Both the position numbers and the translations under genes were made by a program. Below, in pieces: positions 29,336 to 39,297 of a stretch of DNA of 64,000 nucleotides. Within the stretch, counting starts at the first letter, position 1; every line of letters starts with the position of its first letter. The notes below the pieces were generated by a model, which saw only the letters and a list, made by a program, of their open reading frames with translations, searched no databases and was not told the origin of the DNA. The stretch lies in IMG/VR virus record IMGVR_UViG_3300009128_000011, positions 1 through 64,000 of that record; one strand, 5' to 3'. The DNA comes from a virus.

Positions 29336-31283
29336 CCAGGTGACGGTCAAGGGGTTCACCTTCGGTGGGGACGGCGCCCCGCGTTCTCCGGGCCGCGGGG
29401 ACAAGATCCTCGTCCCGTTCTCGCAGATGCAGCCGCAGGACCCGCTGTTCTCGCGGCTCATGGCCGAGGGGGACCGCGGCGAGCGGCTGTACGAGCTCCC
29501 CATCCCGCCGCCGGTCGACCTGGACGACCTGGCAACGGCACACTCGGCGTCGTGCATCCTGCCGCAGCTCGGGGACGCCATGTCGTCCGCGGTGGAGGAG
29601 CAGGGGCACGAGTTCGTCCCGGTGCGCAAGTTCAAGGCGGATGAGGAGGACGAGGACGGGACGTCGCCGCAGCTCAAGGCGGAGATGGCTGTCGAGCGGC
29701 GCAACCTGCGCCGCTTCTTCCGTCACGCCAGCCGCCCGGTGTCGTGGAACGCGACGACGGCGCAGACCCGGACGGACCTCGAGCCCATGGGGTGGCGGGC
29801 TCTCCAGGTGCTCCGGCTTCCCCCGGAGGGGTGGGAGAAAGCCGGCGACGACTGGCAGCAGCAGGCCGAAGGGACGCGCAACGAGGACGGGACGATCAAG
29901 GCGCCGGGCTGGGGTGCGGAGCGGGATCCCCTCGGGCCCATCGTGGGCGTCCAGCACATCGAGGGCAACACCCTGCGCTACTGCGAGTCGTCGGATCCGC
30001 TGTACGTGACGGACTGGCTGTACGAGGAGGACGAGGACCCGGAGCACACGGAGGAGGACGACCCCGGGACGCCGAGCTACGTCCCGATGCCAGCGTGGCG
30101 GCGCTTCCGGCTGATCGCCCATGCCAGGACCTCAAGCTTCGCGTCGAACATCGGGCGTGAGTACGCCGAGACCACGATCCCAAACATCGGGGAGGGGGTG
30201 CGGTACTTCCGGCAGTTCGGCGACCCGAGGATCATCGACTGCCGGGACGGGAAGGTCATCGGCAACTACCTGACCGGCGACTTCCCCGACCCGACGGCGA
30301 GGGACCACAAGGGGGACCTACTCTACCCTCCCGAGTGCTGGGCGAACGAGCTGATCGTCGACCGGTACTACCATCCCCTGTGGGAGCCGTACGGCCGGCC
30401 GTGGTGGTTCGGCGTCCAGGAGACGGATCAGGCGCTGACGAGCGCGGCGTCGGCGAACCGGCACGGGATCGAGGACCCGACGATCCCCAGGGTGTTCCTC
30501 ACGTCGGAGGGGACGAACACCTCGGTGGGGGACTTCGACCGGGCGCTGGAGACGGCGGAGAAGAACCGGGGGCAGGATCCGTCCGCGCATTTCCGCATGA
30601 TGCTGGTGGAGACGCAGCCCCACCCGTCCGGCGACCCCATGGTGGACGGGGGCAAGCAGGCGAAGCCGGCCTTGAACGTCCACCAGATTCAGGTGCTCCC
30701 CGATGACGGCCTCTTCGTCGACTTCGACGAGCAGGGGCGCAAGAAGCTCCGGAGCGCCCGGCGCCTCTCCAGCCAGTCGGTGGGGCTGTCGGAGGACGAC
30801 AGCTTCGCTTCGGCCCAGGCCGCCCTCGTCATGGAGGACAAGTCGGTGGTCGGTCCCGAGCGGGATCGGTGGGACGCGCTGATCAACGTCACCCTGGTGG
30901 CGTCCCTGCGGATCAAGTGGTGGCGCTACCAGACGAAGGCCCGCAAGCTCGTCAGCCCGGAGGACCGGAGCAAGGCGGTGGACGCCGCGGAGCGGGGCGG
31001 GGCGATGACGCCGAACCTCCACCGGGAGCGCCTGGGGGAGACCATCGGGGAGGAGATCGACCCCATCGCCGAGAGCTGGGGGGACGCGCCGTTCGCCGTG
31101 ACCCTGGAGGAGACGAAGGCGCTCGGGCAGTTCGGGCTGGCGCCGGAGGTGGAGGAAGACGTCGAGGAGACGCCCGGGGGCGAGGAGGGTGCTGGCGCCG
31201 AGAAGGCGGCCGCTCCGGACGATGACGACCTGGTCGTGGCGCTCAAGGGGCTGCGGCGGTACCTGGAGGCCCGGGAGGCGTGA
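29325..31283 (+). CDS. Portal protein (start codon uncertain)
   Basis: Follows terL; YFRQFGDPR, ANELI, YGRPWW, AMTPNLHRE. Confidence 0.8.
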   Translation: MSGSQVTVKGFTFGGDGAPRSPGRGDKILVPFSQMQPQDPLFSRLMAEGDRGERLYELPIPPPVDLDDLATAHSASCILPQLGDAMSSAVEEQGHEFVPVRKFKADEEDEDGTSPQLKAEMAVERRNLRRFFRHASRPVSWNATTAQTRTDLEPMGWRALQVLRLPPEGWEKAGDDWQQQAEGTRNEDGTIKAPGWGAERDPLGPIVGVQHIEGNTLRYCESSDPLYVTDWLYEEDEDPEHTEEDDPGTPSYVPMPAWRRFRLIAHARTSSFASNIGREYAETTIPNIGEGVRYFRQFGDPRIIDCRDGKVIGNYLTGDFPDPTARDHKGDLLYPPECWANELIVDRYYHPLWEPYGRPWWFGVQETDQALTSAASANRHGIEDPTIPRVFLTSEGTNTSVGDFDRALETAEKNRGQDPSAHFRMMLVETQPHPSGDPMVDGGKQAKPALNVHQIQVLPDDGLFVDFDEQGRKKLRSARRLSSQSVGLSEDDSFASAQAALVMEDKSVVGPERDRWDALINVTLVASLRIKWWRYQTKARKLVSPEDRSKAVDAAERGGAMTPNLHRERLGETIGEEIDPIAESWGDAPFAVTLEETKALGQFGLAPEVEEDVEETPGGEEGAGAEKAAAPDDDDLVVALKGLRRYLEAREA

Positions 31284-32617
31284 CCGCCGTCCACCCCGCC
31301 CTCCCCGAGGTCGACGCCTGCCTCGCCGCCCTTGGCCACGGGCGCCCGATCCGCGATGCCCTCAAGATCACCGACGAGCAGCTCGCAGCGATCCAGGAGC
31401 GGCTCGGGGTGGCGCTGGACCTCGAGGGCGAGCTCACCGTCGGCATCATGGCCGAGTGGACCCCACGAGCCCGGGAGGCGCTGGCAGGTCTCGACGACGT
31501 GCTGGAGGCGGCGGGAGGGGACGTCGACGCGGTGGTCGCCGCCCTCGGTGAGGAGTTCAAGGGCATCGGGAAGGTGCTGGAGCCCCTGGTCTCCGACAAG
31601 GTCGGCGTCGCCTACGACACCGAGCGGGTGGCGGTCATGCGGTCGGGGGCCATCTCGGAGGCGGCCAGCTTCGACGTGGTGGACGTGGCGGCCAAGGAGT
31701 GGCTGGACAAGGACACCGTCTACTGGGTCGATAACGCCTACGACCGGGTGATTGGCAAGCGGGTGGCGACGGTCGTGAGCGACGTCGCCGTCGAGCAGGG
31801 GCTGGGGACGAGGGCCGCGGCGCAGGCGCTCCGAGAGCAGCTCCCCCCGGAGCTCCTGGGGAAGAAGCCGCGGGGGTACTTCGAGGTGGTGGCTTCGAGT
31901 GCTACCACGCGGGCCAGGACGTTCGGCGCCATCGCCAGCTTTGAGCAGGCGAACATCGCCTCGGCGCAGTACATCTCGGTCCTGGACCAGGTCACCTCCC
32001 GGATCTGCCGGGAGCTGGATGGCCGTGTCTACCGCGTCGAGGTGCTCACCGAGCTGCGGGACCGCATGCTGGAGGCCGACTCGCCTGAGGCGGCGAAGGA
32101 GATCATGCCCTGGGTGCCGGCGTCTTCGTTGCAGGGCAAGGCCACGGAGCAGCTCGAGGCGGAGGGTGCGATCATACCCCCCGCACACGGGAGATGCAGA
32201 TCGAGCCTGGATATCTTCGTCTCCGAGGGGACCGTGAACCAGACCGCCGGCCCCCAGGCCGCCCCCGAGACGACCGGAGCGTGGGGCGCCTACTCGGAGC
32301 GGGAGCTGGCGAACAAGCTCAAGCCGATCACGACGAACCCGCCGGCGCTCACGGCCGCCATCGACGCGGACCTGTCGACGGCGCAGGTGGCGAAGGCGCG
32401 CCAGGCAGTGGCGACGAGATCCGCGGTGGTGGGGACGTTCCCGGACGCGAAGGTGGGGCGGCGCATGGGGTTCTGGGACGAGTCCGCAGGGGTCCGCGCC
32501 GAGTTGGACGAGGCGGGGCTGATCTGGGCGGTGGAGGAGATGGGAGCCGGGGACGTGGCGGCTCGACTCGCGGCCGACCGGGCGACCGGCGTGTCGATGG
32601 CGCTGGAGGGACTGTAG
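31280..32617 (+). CDS. MuF/gp7-like head morphogenesis protein
   Basis: YISVLDQVTSRICRELDGRVY...PPAHGRCRS. Confidence 0.85.
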   Translation: MTAVHPALPEVDACLAALGHGRPIRDALKITDEQLAAIQERLGVALDLEGELTVGIMAEWTPRAREALAGLDDVLEAAGGDVDAVVAALGEEFKGIGKVLEPLVSDKVGVAYDTERVAVMRSGAISEAASFDVVDVAAKEWLDKDTVYWVDNAYDRVIGKRVATVVSDVAVEQGLGTRAAAQALREQLPPELLGKKPRGYFEVVASSATTRARTFGAIASFEQANIASAQYISVLDQVTSRICRELDGRVYRVEVLTELRDRMLEADSPEAAKEIMPWVPASSLQGKATEQLEAEGAIIPPAHGRCRSSLDIFVSEGTVNQTAGPQAAPETTGAWGAYSERELANKLKPITTNPPALTAAIDADLSTAQVAKARQAVATRSAVVGTFPDAKVGRRMGFWDESAGVRAELDEAGLIWAVEEMGAGDVAARLAADRATGVSMALEGL

Positions 32618-33724
32618 ATGCCGCTCATGGGATGCCAGAAGGACGGGGCCGACGGTTGGAAGTACGGCGAGTCGGGGACCTGCTACGTCGGTCCAGACGC
32701 CAAGCAGAAGGCCATCGCCCAGGGGGTCGCCATGGGGGAGATCAAGGCCGAAGACGCCGCCAAGTTCCAGGGCACGAGCCCGGCGCCAGGGAGCAAGGTC
32801 ACCGTCATGCTCCGCATCCCGGAGCCGCTGGCGGCGCAGTGGCCGGAGCACGACGAGGGCTCCCCTCCCCACTTCACCCTGCTGTTCGTCGGCGAGGTCC
32901 CCGACGACAAGCGCTCCGAGTTCCTGGTGGGGGTGGCGGCGGAGGTCCTCTCCACCGCAGCGTTCGACGTCGAGCTGGCCGAGGGCGTCTCCTGGTTCAC
33001 CTCCACCGGCGAGCATGCCGGCCAGGAGGTGGCCCACAAGGCGGTGGTGGACTCGGCACCGATGGCCGAGCTACACGGCCGGCTGCGGGAGGTGGCCGAA
33101 GATCTCGACATCGACGTCGCCCACGTCGGGGAGGGCTTCAAGGCGCACGCCACCCTGGCGATCCTGGACGAGCGCGAGTACCCGGGCCCCGTGCCGGAGG
33201 GTTCGTTCCGGGCCGGGGTGGTCGAGGTGTGGGGGTACCCCGAGGACTACGTCTTCCCGCTGGCGCCCAAGGTGGTCGTGGCCAAGGCCGCGGCGCCCCC
33301 TCCGGGCTTCACCCTCTCCCTCAAGCTCAACGACGAGCGCCGGGAGGCCACCGGGGTGCTGGCCAAGGCGTTCGACGGGACGTCTGACAGCCTCGACACC
33401 GACGGCGAAGCCCTCACGGCCGAAGACGTCCTCACGCTGGCCCGCAGCTTCATGCTCCAGGAGCTGATCGCCGGCCACGACGACAACCACGACCGGCTGC
33501 CGCACAACCGCCGGCTGGTGGAGATCTTCGTCAACGACGACCGGGTGCAGTCGCCCCTCTTCCCCGCGGACGCCGCGGTGGCGACCATGCACTACCCCGA
33601 GGACGAGGACTGGGCGCTGGTCAAGTCCGGGCAGCGGGCGGGCTTCAGCTTCGACGCTGGGACGATCCCGGTGGTCCGGGAGGTGGAGATCCTGGTGCGG
33701 CCGGAGGAGGTGGTGGGGGCTTAG
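32618..33724 (+). CDS. 2H phosphoesterase fused to XkdF-like prohead protease
   Basis: PHFTL and AHATL (two HxT motifs); C-terminal DTDGE...AEDV..LARSFM...H...VEIF...WALVKSGQRAGFSF. Confidence 0.75.
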   Translation: MPLMGCQKDGADGWKYGESGTCYVGPDAKQKAIAQGVAMGEIKAEDAAKFQGTSPAPGSKVTVMLRIPEPLAAQWPEHDEGSPPHFTLLFVGEVPDDKRSEFLVGVAAEVLSTAAFDVELAEGVSWFTSTGEHAGQEVAHKAVVDSAPMAELHGRLREVAEDLDIDVAHVGEGFKAHATLAILDEREYPGPVPEGSFRAGVVEVWGYPEDYVFPLAPKVVVAKAAAPPPGFTLSLKLNDERREATGVLAKAFDGTSDSLDTDGEALTAEDVLTLARSFMLQELIAGHDDNHDRLPHNRRLVEIFVNDDRVQSPLFPADAAVATMHYPEDEDWALVKSGQRAGFSFDAGTIPVVREVEILVRPEEVVGA

Positions 33725-33729
33725 GGGGG

Positions 33730-34006
33730 TTATCGGTCCACCACAGGTAGACGAGGACCATCACGGTAAGGGGCCACACGAGGCCAGCGACGACACAGGC
33801 GTCGGGGGAGTCGCCTTCGTCCAGAGAGTGGGCGATGCTGGACACGATGCCCCACCCGAGCAGGTAGGTTTTGATGTGCACGGCAGTGCGCCACGAGGGG
33901 AATCCGTCGGTCGTGGCGAAGATGACGACGGTTGTCCCCAGGACGAGCGGGAGTGCAAAGCCTGCCAGCAGGGCGTAGGCGATGGGTTGCCACTGGAAGC
34001 CCTTAC
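33730..34006 (-). CDS. Small membrane protein
   Basis: Hydrophobic segments in frame VGKGFQWQPIAYALL...GLVWPLTVMVLVYLWW; exact boundaries uncertain. Confidence 0.45.
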
Positions 34007-34497
34007 CCACCGGCTCCCCTTTCCACCGGCTCCTTCCAGGCCTTCCAGTGGTTCTTCCGGGCGGCCTTGTCCAGCTCCTCCTTGAGGGTGGTCTCGCCGG
34101 CGAGGAGCCGGAGGACCAGTCGGTCGCCGCCGCACGGGGCCGACTGCCCCAGGTTCCAGCGGCTGACGGTGCCGGGTCGCCGCCGCAGCAACCGGGAGAT
34201 GTCGCCCTGCGTGAGCCCCTGCTGTTCGCACACCTTCTGTAGGAGGGGGTCCTGGAGGGGGATCTGGGGCGTGCGAGAACTCTGGATGGCGACGACCTCC
34301 TTCGGCAAGGTGGTCTCGCAGGCGACCAGGCGCAGCGCGAGACGGTCACCGGCCCGGGGCTGCTGGAGCCGTCTGCTCCACTTCGACACGGTGGCGGTGG
34401 ACCGACCAAGCAACCGCGCTATGTCGGCCTGCGTGATGTTGCGCGTGCGACATGCCCGTCTGGCAAGGGGGAGATGCTTGTACGCTGGGTTACCCAT
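34003..34497 (-). CDS. Tandem double XRE-HTH protein, leaderless
   Basis: ITQADIARLLGRSTATVSKW and LTQGDISRLLRRRPGTVSRW; upstream TTGACG-18-TAGAAT, 6 nt before ATG. Confidence 0.8.
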   Translation of the reverse strand: MGNPAYKHLPLARRACRTRNITQADIARLLGRSTATVSKWSRRLQQPRAGDRLALRLVACETTLPKEVVAIQSSRTPQIPLQDPLLQKVCEQQGLTQGDISRLLRRRPGTVSRWNLGQSAPCGGDRLVLRLLAGETTLKEELDKAARKNHWKAWKEPVERGAGG

Positions 34498-34658
34498 GCC
34501 CTCATTCTAGCAGTGGCGTGTTGATTGCGTCAACGGTGGGTTGCTGTAAGCGCACGGGACAGATTACCGCACGCTGCCCTTCGTTGCACTACGTGTAGGG
34601 CGGGGTTGACAACCTGTCGCGACGTCGTGCACCCTTTCCCCAGTACGGGAGTCGCCCC

Positions 34659-36590
34659 GTGAAGACCCTCGAGTTCGATGCCGGACCAGACCAGATCCTC
34701 GAAGAGGTGGAGCAGGACGGCGAGACGCTCGTGCGCGTTCGACGCAAGGTGGCGTTCCTCACCGACCCCTCCGGCAACGCGATCAGCACCGTGACGAAGC
34801 CTGCCAGCGGCGAGACGTTCACCGCTGTGAAGGGGGAGACCCCCGCGGAGGACGCGCTCAAGGGGGCGGTGCCCAAGCACGCCCCGCCGAAGGAAGACCA
34901 GGCCACGGCGTGGGACGCGGCGGCAGCGAAGGGGCGGCTGCAGGAGTGGGCGAGCTCCGACGGTTCCGGCGACAAGGACAAGATCGGCTGGGACAAGTAC
35001 GCCACCGGCTTCGGCTGGTTCGACTCGGCCGACAAGGAGAACCTGGGCGCGTACAAGCTCCCCCACCACGACGTGGTCGACGGGGAGCTCAAGACCAACT
35101 TCAGGGGCGTCGCCGCGGCCATGGCCGCCCTCAATGGCGGCCGCGGCGGCGTGGTGCTGACCGACCGGGAGGCCGTCTACGCCCACCTGGTCGACCACTA
35201 CGAGCAGTTCGACGCGGAGCCCCCGGCACTCAAGGCGGAGGACGACATGGACGACGCCGAAAAGGCCGATGCTCTGGCCGAGGCGGAGAAGGGTCTGGGG
35301 GAGCGGCTCGTGGCCGCGGTCAAGCAGGCCTTCGGCATGGTGCCGGAGCTGGACCCCGAGGAGACGGACGCCCAGAAGGCGACCATCTCCCCCGTCACCA
35401 TCGACGAGGGGATCGCCCGGGACAAGTTCTGGGACCTCAAGTGGGCGTTCTCCGATGCCCTCTGCACGATCATGTGGGACGACGACCTGGAGGCTGACCG
35501 GGCCACGCTGCTCGCCGCTCTCTGCGACGACTTCAAGGCTCGAGCCCTGGCGATCCTCCCTGTCGTGACCGCGCAGAAGTCGGAGGACGACGGCGAGGCC
35601 ATCAAGGAGCACGCGGCCGCGTCCTACGCTCTGTCCGAGAAGGCCGGCAAGGTCATCTCGGCGGCCAACATGATGAAGCTGAAGGCGGCCACGGAGGCAC
35701 TCCAGGCCGTGCTCGACAAGGCCAGCCCGCCGCCGCCCCCCGCCGAGACCGAGGAGTCGGAGGACGAGGCGGAGAAGGCCGACGTGCCCCCGCAGTTCCA
35801 GACGGACGGCGAGGGCGACGAGGACGAGGACGAGGACGAGACGAGCAAGGCAACGCCGCCCCCCGAGGGCGAGACCGAGCCGGAGCCCCCGGCCGCCAAG
35901 AAGGAGATCGACATGGACGCGGAGACCCTCAAGGCCCTGCACGAGAAGGTCGAGGCGGCCAAGGCCGCGGACGACATGGACGCCATGAAGGCGGCCCTCG
36001 ACGAGATCGGCGTCGCCCTCAAGGGCGAGGAGCCGGGCGTGGAGGAGGTCGCCCAGAAGGCGGTCGCCGGCGCGGTCAAGGACGCCGTCGCCGAGGCGCT
36101 GAAGGAGGCGGGTCTCGAGGCCATCGCCACCCGCGGCACCAACACGCTCACGGTGCTCAAGGCACTGGTGGGGATGCCGGTCGACGGCGACGAGGACCCG
36201 CTCGGCGACGAGGTCGTGCGGCTGCTCAACGCGGCCCGCACCGAGGACGCCATCGCCAACGCCGGCCCGGGCACGCTCGACAGCGGCCCGGCCGCCCAGT
36301 CCCTGGGTGGCGGTCCCGCGGTCCCGACCTCGGGCACGCAGCGGGGTGGTCGCACCTCGGTGAAGGGCGAGGGCGACGGTGAGGAGTTGCCGGCCGAGGT
36401 CGACTCCATCGCGGCCCTCAAGGAGCACTTCGACGGGCAGGTCATGACCCTGCGGGAGAAGCTCGCCGAGACCCGTGGGGAGCTCAACGCGGTGAAGGGC
36501 GCGCGTCCCGCCGGGAGCGCCCCCCTCAACGGGCCGCAGACCGAGCCGGCCGCCGGTGGCTGGAGCGTCGGTTCCGGCCTCTTCGACTAG
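34659..36590 (+). CDS. Head scaffold/maturation protein
   Basis: Directly upstream of capsid; acidic and coiled-coil; contains WD...YKLPHHDVVDG.L...GV.AA...GGRGG domain typical of phage head proteins. Confidence 0.7.
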   Translation: MKTLEFDAGPDQILEEVEQDGETLVRVRRKVAFLTDPSGNAISTVTKPASGETFTAVKGETPAEDALKGAVPKHAPPKEDQATAWDAAAAKGRLQEWASSDGSGDKDKIGWDKYATGFGWFDSADKENLGAYKLPHHDVVDGELKTNFRGVAAAMAALNGGRGGVVLTDREAVYAHLVDHYEQFDAEPPALKAEDDMDDAEKADALAEAEKGLGERLVAAVKQAFGMVPELDPEETDAQKATISPVTIDEGIARDKFWDLKWAFSDALCTIMWDDDLEADRATLLAALCDDFKARALAILPVVTAQKSEDDGEAIKEHAAASYALSEKAGKVISAANMMKLKAATEALQAVLDKASPPPPPAETEESEDEAEKADVPPQFQTDGEGDEDEDEDETSKATPPPEGETEPEPPAAKKEIDMDAETLKALHEKVEAAKAADDMDAMKAALDEIGVALKGEEPGVEEVAQKAVAGAVKDAVAEALKEAGLEAIATRGTNTLTVLKALVGMPVDGDEDPLGDEVVRLLNAARTEDAIANAGPGTLDSGPAAQSLGGGPAVPTSGTQRGGRTSVKGEGDGEELPAEVDSIAALKEHFDGQVMTLREKLAETRGELNAVKGARPAGSAPLNGPQTEPAAGGWSVGSGLFD

Positions 36591-36650
36591 GGAACGACGG
36601 CGCCGCTGGGCGCAGGAGCAGAAGCCCCCAGACGGGGCGGGAGAGCCAGC

Positions 36651-37928
36651 ATGAACCACGACGCCGCACGCATCCAGGAATTCGCCAAGCGTCTGCGCTC
36701 CTTGAAGGGCGACGGGCCGATGACGACCCTCAACACGGGGACGGCATCGTTCATCAACGGCACCTTCTTCAGGGGGCTGATGGACGACACGGTCTCGCTG
36801 AGCAAGTGGCTCAGGGCCGGCGCCCACATGATCGAGGTCGACCCGGGCCAGGAGTCGATCCAGGTCGGCAACTGGGACGACGTGCGGTGGACGCACATCC
36901 CGGACGCGGACGAGGGCGACCCGACGGCCTTCGACGCCACCGTGCGCCCGACCTACCGCGAGGTGCTGATCGCCTGTCAGCACATGGGCATGGAGATGGA
37001 GCTCTCCATGCGCAACCAGAAGAAGGTCAAGGCCCGTCTGAACGCGGACCTGCGGCGGGAGAGCGAGGTCGGCTTCGCCACCGCGCTCGGCAACAACATG
37101 GCTCGGAGCTTCATCCGGGGGGACGTCACCTCCGCCGACCCGAGCCTCAACGGGTTCGACGGCCTGCGGGTGCGGGCGGCGGCTCAGGGCCGCGTGGTCT
37201 CGCTGGCGGAAAACGTCGGCGGCGTCCTGGTGGCGACCGCCTTCGACCCCAACACGGCCTTCCAGACGGCGCTCCTGCAGATGCCCGAGGGGCTGCGGAC
37301 CGACAAGCTCCGCTGGTACGGGCACAACAACCTGTGGCTCGAGTGGATGCGCTGGCTGCAGGCCAGCGGCACCGCCGAGCGTACCCGGGACGGCCTGGCC
37401 CGCGATGCCCTGGTCGACGGGGTCATCCCGCCGGCGAACGGCTACCTGCCTCTGCAGATCCCGCAGTGGCCGGCGGACGAGGGCCCGCAGGGCGTGCCCG
37501 ACGCGGTGGCGGACGACGGCGACGGCACGATGACCATCCGGGTCAACGTGATCCTGCCGGACCTCAACGACTACTCGGGCCGGCGCGTGCGGGTCACCTA
37601 CCTGCCCAACGGCGAGTTCGAGAACCTGACCGTCGCGCAGCCCGTCGTCGGGCAGAACGCCGTGGAGACGGCGGGCTCCCTCGGCCAGCCGGCCGCGGCG
37701 CTGGACGTGGTGGCGGCCAACTACACCGTCGAGGTCATCGACGAGACCACGCTGATGCTGGTCGACCCCTACAACTGCCTGCTGCCGGTCGAGAACGAGA
37801 TGCTGGCCATCAAGTCCTTCGAGGGCCGGGGCCTGACCTACAACGACATCGTGCACGCGTTCATGGACAGCCGCCTGCTCCGTCCGGACGCCGTCGTGCT
37901 GCTCACTGGCATCTGGGTGCAGGGGTAG
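36651..37928 (+). CDS. Major capsid protein with inserted domain
   Basis: ALGNNMARSFIRGD...LNGFDGL, LLQMPEGLR, LMLVDPYN; position after scaffold. Confidence 0.8.
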   Translation: MNHDAARIQEFAKRLRSLKGDGPMTTLNTGTASFINGTFFRGLMDDTVSLSKWLRAGAHMIEVDPGQESIQVGNWDDVRWTHIPDADEGDPTAFDATVRPTYREVLIACQHMGMEMELSMRNQKKVKARLNADLRRESEVGFATALGNNMARSFIRGDVTSADPSLNGFDGLRVRAAAQGRVVSLAENVGGVLVATAFDPNTAFQTALLQMPEGLRTDKLRWYGHNNLWLEWMRWLQASGTAERTRDGLARDALVDGVIPPANGYLPLQIPQWPADEGPQGVPDAVADDGDGTMTIRVNVILPDLNDYSGRRVRVTYLPNGEFENLTVAQPVVGQNAVETAGSLGQPAAALDVVAANYTVEVIDETTLMLVDPYNCLLPVENEMLAIKSFEGRGLTYNDIVHAFMDSRLLRPDAVVLLTGIWVQG

Positions 37929-37989
37929 GAAGAGGCCGGGGTAGCCCGGCATATCTGACGCGCCGCATCCCGGCGGCGGCGGAGGGAAG

Positions 37990-38646
37990 ATGACGAAGCC
38001 GACCCACATCAACGTCTACGAGGCCACCGGCCACCTGACCATCGCGTCGGCCGGGATCCACGTGCGTCCCGGCCAGAAGATGAACGGGACGCCGGGGACG
38101 CCGCTGGACGACATCCTGAGCAGCCTGGTGGGACGCGGGTTCAAGCCGCCGGTCGTGGAGCCCCTGACGACGGCCGGAGCGCATGCCGAGGCGGCCGCGG
38201 AGCACGCCATCCGGGCAGAACTCGCCAAGCTCACCGACCAGATCATGGCCGAGCGGCGTCAGCGGGCCGACGCAGAGCGGGCGGCATCGGAGGCCGTCAA
38301 CGACGCACAGCGGATGGCGCAGGAGGCCGACGAGGTCGTCTCCGAGATGCGTCAGCAGGTGGCCGAGCTGTCGGCCGACCTGACCGCCCTGCGGGCGACC
38401 GACGCCGAGCGCCAGGCGGAGATCGACCAGCTCGGTTTCGACCTCGACAACGCCAGGGAGCGCGAGACGGCTCTCAAGGGGGAGATCGATGGCGCCACCG
38501 TCGTCAAGACGGGGTTCGTCGCCATCAGCGAGGAGGAGCTTTCGGAGCTCCGAGCGCAGGCCGTCAAGCCGAAGAAGACGAAGAAGACCACGGCGAAGCC
38601 CAAGAAGGCGAAGCCGAAGAAGAAGACGAAGGCGAAGACCAAGTAG
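37990..38646 (+). CDS. Coiled-coil protein with Lys-rich tail
   Basis: C-terminal KPKKTKKTTAKPKKAKPKKKTKAKTK. Confidence 0.65.
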   Translation: MTKPTHINVYEATGHLTIASAGIHVRPGQKMNGTPGTPLDDILSSLVGRGFKPPVVEPLTTAGAHAEAAAEHAIRAELAKLTDQIMAERRQRADAERAASEAVNDAQRMAQEADEVVSEMRQQVAELSADLTALRATDAERQAEIDQLGFDLDNARERETALKGEIDGATVVKTGFVAISEEELSELRAQAVKPKKTKKTTAKPKKAKPKKKTKAKTK

Positions 38647-38676
38647 CGGCCGAGCCGCCCATCGGAGGACCCGAGC

Positions 38677-39285
38677 ATGAGCAAGGACTACTACCAGGGT
38701 CGCAAGGACTACGGGACGGACCGTCGCTACGTCGTCGAGGGGGCCCGGGCGTTCGCCCCGACGACCGCCTCGACCCAGACGGGGGCGGCCGGCGCGAACC
38801 AGACCACGATCCGGGTCAACGCGGACCGTGGTGTCGTGCGGCTGCCGGGCATCGTCACCCGCCCCGACCTGGGGGACGGGGCGCCGCAGCGCATGCAGCT
38901 CGACGACGGCGCCATCGACGACCTGGCCGCCGAGGTCGACACCGTTCTGCTGCCGGCGACGGCCGCGTGGGTGGCGCTCAACTTCGAGCGCACGATCTAC
39001 CGGGTCGCCGCCTACGACATGCAGAACCAGGCGGTCCGCTACGTCAACGTGGCGGGGACGGCGCAGGCGGACGCCGGCGTGGCCGGCGCGCCCCTCTGGC
39101 CGACCGTGGCGCAGATCCGGACGGCCATCGACTCCGACGCCGACCACCTGATCCCGTGGGAGATCGTGTACGGGGTGCGGGTGCGGCGGACGGGGGACCT
39201 GGTCATCGTGGTCACCTACGACAACACCCAGCGGCCCCTCGGTGTGCAGCGGGCGGCCAACGCGCAGTTCACCGAGCAGGTGTAG
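38677..39285 (+). CDS. Putative virion/head decoration protein
   Basis: GGAGG RBS; position after capsid. Confidence 0.55.
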   Translation: MSKDYYQGRKDYGTDRRYVVEGARAFAPTTASTQTGAAGANQTTIRVNADRGVVRLPGIVTRPDLGDGAPQRMQLDDGAIDDLAAEVDTVLLPATAAWVALNFERTIYRVAAYDMQNQAVRYVNVAGTAQADAGVAGAPLWPTVAQIRTAIDSDADHLIPWEIVYGVRVRRTGDLVIVVTYDNTQRPLGVQRAANAQFTEQV

Positions 39286-39297
39286 AGGGAGAAAACC

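Noticed and set aside
34530-38012. Long antisense ORFs (34530-38012, 57759-60701, 30926-33037, 83-1666, the 5' part of 26423-28747)
   Set aside because: Shadow frames of well-supported genes on the opposite strand, expected at this GC content
38560-38646. AAG-rich repetitive stretch
   Set aside because: Explained by the Lys-rich protein tail
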